This document shows, one piece after another, positions 61,212 through 64,000 of a DNA stretch of 64,000 bases; within the stretch, counting starts at the first letter, position 1; each line of letters begins with the position of its first letter. The translations under genes and the position numbers were made by a program. The stretch comes from Gammaproteobacteria bacterium (lineage in GTDB: Bacteria; Pseudomonadota; Gammaproteobacteria; UBA4575). Where the stretch lies: assembly GCA_965222615.1 (NCBI GenBank), contig CBDCUI010000007.1, positions 608,001 through 672,000 of the forward strand, in the 5' to 3' direction. The notes beneath the pieces were generated by a model. It saw nothing but the letters and a program-made list of their open reading frames with translations. It was not told where the DNA came from and searched no databases.

Positions 61212-62569
61212 GTCAACAAAATATTCTCGTGGTGGATGATGAGCCTGATATTCGCAATCTCGTTCAAGAGATCCTGATTGATGAAGGCTATCAAGTTAGA
61301 GTTGCAGAAAATACTGCAACTGCTAGACAGCATGCCAACACACTAGCTCCAGATTTAGTATTGCTGGATATTTGGATGCCAAATGAAGACGGCATTAGTT
61401 TGTTAAAAGAATGGCAAGGTAGTGGCAGTATTACTTGCCCAGTAGTCATGATGTCTGGACATGGTACTGTGGAAACAGCAGTCGAAGCGACACGTTTAGG
61501 TGCTTATGACTTTATTGAAAAGCCACTCACTACAGCAAAATTATTGGTAAGTGTAAAACGCGCATTAGATGCTGCAAATGCAAAGGATGATTCTAGCGCT
61601 GGTATTAATCAAATAATTGAAGAGCCGATTGGCTCCAGCATGCAAATAAAAGCGGTACGTGATCAAGCAAAAAAATTGGCACAGCACGATAATATTGTAT
61701 TGATAACTGGTGAACAAGGAGTGGGAAAAAAGACCTTCGCTAATTACGTGCATGCCCTTGGATCGAATAAAGATAAAAAGTTTATCGTTGTAAGTGAAGA
61801 CAACTTTAATGAAAAAGATGCAAGCAAAGAATTATTTGGTGCAGAAGAAGGTGATGTAATTACACCTGGAATTCTCGAATTATGTAAAGGAGGAACAATA
61901 TATATTGATGACGTTGCTAATATCAGTGATCAAGGTCAAAAATTATTATCGCGTATTATTAAACGAATGCAATTTAGTCGTATTGGAGGCAACACACAAC
62001 AAAAGCTTGAAGCACGTATAATTGTAGCTACACAACGCAATTTACAGGAAGAAGTTAAGGCAAATCGTTTTGATGACGAATTATTTTTTCGGCTCAACGT
62101 TGTACCAATTCGCATACCAGCACTTCGTGAGCATGTACAGGATGTGCCTGACTTACTACGTTACTACATTGATTTTTATTGCTCACAAGAAAATTACCCC
62201 TATCGTAGTTTTTCTATTGCAGCGCAAAATCGTTTGTTGCACTACAACTGGCCTGGGAATATTCGAGAATTAAGAAACTTAGTGCAGAGATTACTCATAT
62301 TAAGTACTTCTGATGAAATTTCGGCAGAGGAAATAGAGTTGGCACTAGATGAAAAAACTTCGGTGCAGCCATCTGAAACCTCATGGTATGAAAAGCTTTA
62401 TGAGCTGCCGTTGCGTGAAGCACGAGAATCATTTGAACGAAGTTATTTGTTGCGTCGACTGAAACAGGTAAATGGTAACGTCAGTAAATTGTCAGAAAAA
62501 GTGGGTATGGAACGTACACACTTGTATCGCAAACTCCGCGCCTTGGGCATTAATACCAAGGAATCTTAG
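61208..62569 (+). CDS. ntrX: NtrX-like response regulator (REC-AAA+-Fis HTH)
   Basis: LLDIWMP, MSGHGTVETAVEA, WPGNIRELRN, MERTHLYRKL; no GAFTGA. Confidence 0.85.
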   Translation: MSQQNILVVDDEPDIRNLVQEILIDEGYQVRVAENTATARQHANTLAPDLVLLDIWMPNEDGISLLKEWQGSGSITCPVVMMSGHGTVETAVEATRLGAYDFIEKPLTTAKLLVSVKRALDAANAKDDSSAGINQIIEEPIGSSMQIKAVRDQAKKLAQHDNIVLITGEQGVGKKTFANYVHALGSNKDKKFIVVSEDNFNEKDASKELFGAEEGDVITPGILELCKGGTIYIDDVANISDQGQKLLSRIIKRMQFSRIGGNTQQKLEARIIVATQRNLQEEVKANRFDDELFFRLNVVPIRIPALREHVQDVPDLLRYYIDFYCSQENYPYRSFSIAAQNRLLHYNWPGNIRELRNLVQRLLILSTSDEISAEEIELALDEKTSVQPSETSWYEKLYELPLREARESFERSYLLRRLKQVNGNVSKLSEKVGMERTHLYRKLRALGINTKES

Positions 62570-62786
62570 CCCGCACACTACTTCAAACCACCCGTTAATA
62601 CTTACTGTTGCTTGATAAAATGTACGTTTTAGTAAAGATCGACAATTTCATGATGGGTGGAATATTGATCAACAAGGGTGTAATTGTTGTGGCGATCGAA
62701 TAACACTTGCAATGGCCAAGTAATATCCCCTATGCTGCGCCGCCAGCAATTCACTAAGTAGATAATCGGCTGAGTGAGGAATATTC

Positions 62787-64000
62787 ATGAAAATCATAAT
62801 CTTAGGTGCTGGCCAAGTGGGTGGTTCACTGGCACTCAGCCTCGCCCATGAAGCCAATGATATTACCCTTGTGGATACTGACCCGGGAGTATTGAAAGAT
62901 ATTCAAGACCGAGCAGATTTGCGTACAGTGATAGGTGAAGCCTCACATCCTTCGGTGTTGCAGGGCGCAGGTGCCAAAGATGCCGATATGATTATTGCGC
63001 TTACCAATAGTGACGAGACCAATATGGTGGCTTGTCAAGTCGCCTACACCTTGTTTCATACCCCTACCAAGATTGCGCGGATACGAGCAGTTGAGTACCT
63101 CGCCTACAGTGACTTATTTGTTCAAGAGGCCTTGCCTGTAGATGTATTGATCAGTCCCGAACATTTAATTTCACAATATATACAACGCTTGATTGAACAT
63201 CCTGGTTCCCTACAAGTGCTAGATTTTGCTAACGGCAAAATTAAACTACTCGCAATTCGTGCAGATCGAGATGGTCCACTAATTGGTAAGCATTTACAAG
63301 GAGTGAGTGAGCTGATGCCTGAAACCGTAGCAAAAGTTGTAGCGATCTATCGCAATAATGACTCCATTGCGCTTGACGGTGAGACTGTTATTCAATTCGA
63401 AGATGAAGTGTTTTTCCTGGCATCTTCTGAAAATGCGGCGGCATTGACTACACAATTACGTGGAACAGACAAACCATACAAACGTATATTACTTGCGGGT
63501 GGAGGTAATATAGGATTTCATTTAGCTAAGTCATTGGAAAACAAATACCAAGTTAAAATTATTGAACGTAATCCAGAGCGTACTAAATTTTTATCTGAGT
63601 CGTTAGATAAGACCATTGTATTACAAGGTGATGCTGCTGATCAGGATATGTTGCTAGAAGAGAACATCGAAAACATGGATGTATTTTGCGCACTTACCAA
63701 TGATGATGAAGCAAATATTTTATCTGCGATGTTGGCCAAACGACTGGGCGCAAATAAAGTAATGTCGCTTATCAATCGACCGAGTTACGTAGATTTAGTA
63801 GAAAGTGGCAGCATTGATATTGCAATTTCTCCACAGCAAGTCACGTTAGGTACACTTCTAACTCATGTACGTAAAGGTGATATTGTTGCGGTACATTCTT
63901 TACGTAGAGGCGCTGCAGAAGCAATTGAAGCAGTTGCACATGGAGATAAAAAGACATCAAAAGTTGTGGGGCGTAGCATCGAACAAATTAATCTACCTAA
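62787..64000 (+). CDS. trkA: Trk potassium uptake protein TrkA (truncated by window end; not in the ORF track)
   Basis: GAGGA SD then MKIIILGAGQVG; second RCK motif LAGGGNIG; HSLRRGAAEAIE. Confidence 0.96.
   Translation, partial: MKIIILGAGQVGGSLALSLAHEANDITLVDTDPGVLKDIQDRADLRTVIGEASHPSVLQGAGAKDADMIIALTNSDETNMVACQVAYTLFHTPTKIARIRAVEYLAYSDLFVQEALPVDVLISPEHLISQYIQRLIEHPGSLQVLDFANGKIKLLAIRADRDGPLIGKHLQGVSELMPETVAKVVAIYRNNDSIALDGETVIQFEDEVFFLASSENAAALTTQLRGTDKPYKRILLAGGGNIGFHLAKSLENKYQVKIIERNPERTKFLSESLDKTIVLQGDAADQDMLLEENIENMDVFCALTNDDEANILSAMLAKRLGANKVMSLINRPSYVDLVESGSIDIAISPQQVTLGTLLTHVRKGDIVAVHSLRRGAAEAIEAVAHGDKKTSKVVGRSIEQINLP

Overview
A 64 kb, AT-rich core chromosomal region around the replication origin of a gammaproteobacterium. 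Left arm (minus strand): oxyR with three redox genes, glmS-glmU, atpIBEFHAGDC, parB-parA-rsmG-mnmG-mnmE-yidC-yidD-rnpA-rpmH. Centre: dnaA-[oriC]-dnaN-recF-gyrB, with two parS palindromes inside recF. Right arm: lemA/GIDE-like/SH3/xth, an orphan ParA-like ATPase, L,D-transpeptidase, ampG, a second ExoIII at the crc position, pyrE, argB-algC-dut-coaBC, radC, mscL, bioF-bioB, comF, ompW, ubiA-aroE-hemB-hemF-tsaC-topA-dprA-tsaP, def-fmt-DUF4390-ntrY-ntrX-trkA (partial). I saw no rRNA, tRNA, CRISPR, prophage, transposase or defence island. The unexplained signal is mostly non-coding: a candidate OxyR-divergent small RNA with a C-rich anti-Shine-Dalgarno loop; an SD-led 14-codon uORF in the atp leader; two dispersed copies of a ~120 bp MITE-like element; multi-hairpin cassettes with ANGGA and C(GAA)G loops; a variant tandem FNR-type box at class II spacing upstream of ompW; and a possible structured leader before the orphan ParA. 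Gene names come from recognising protein motifs and synteny by eye, not from database searches.
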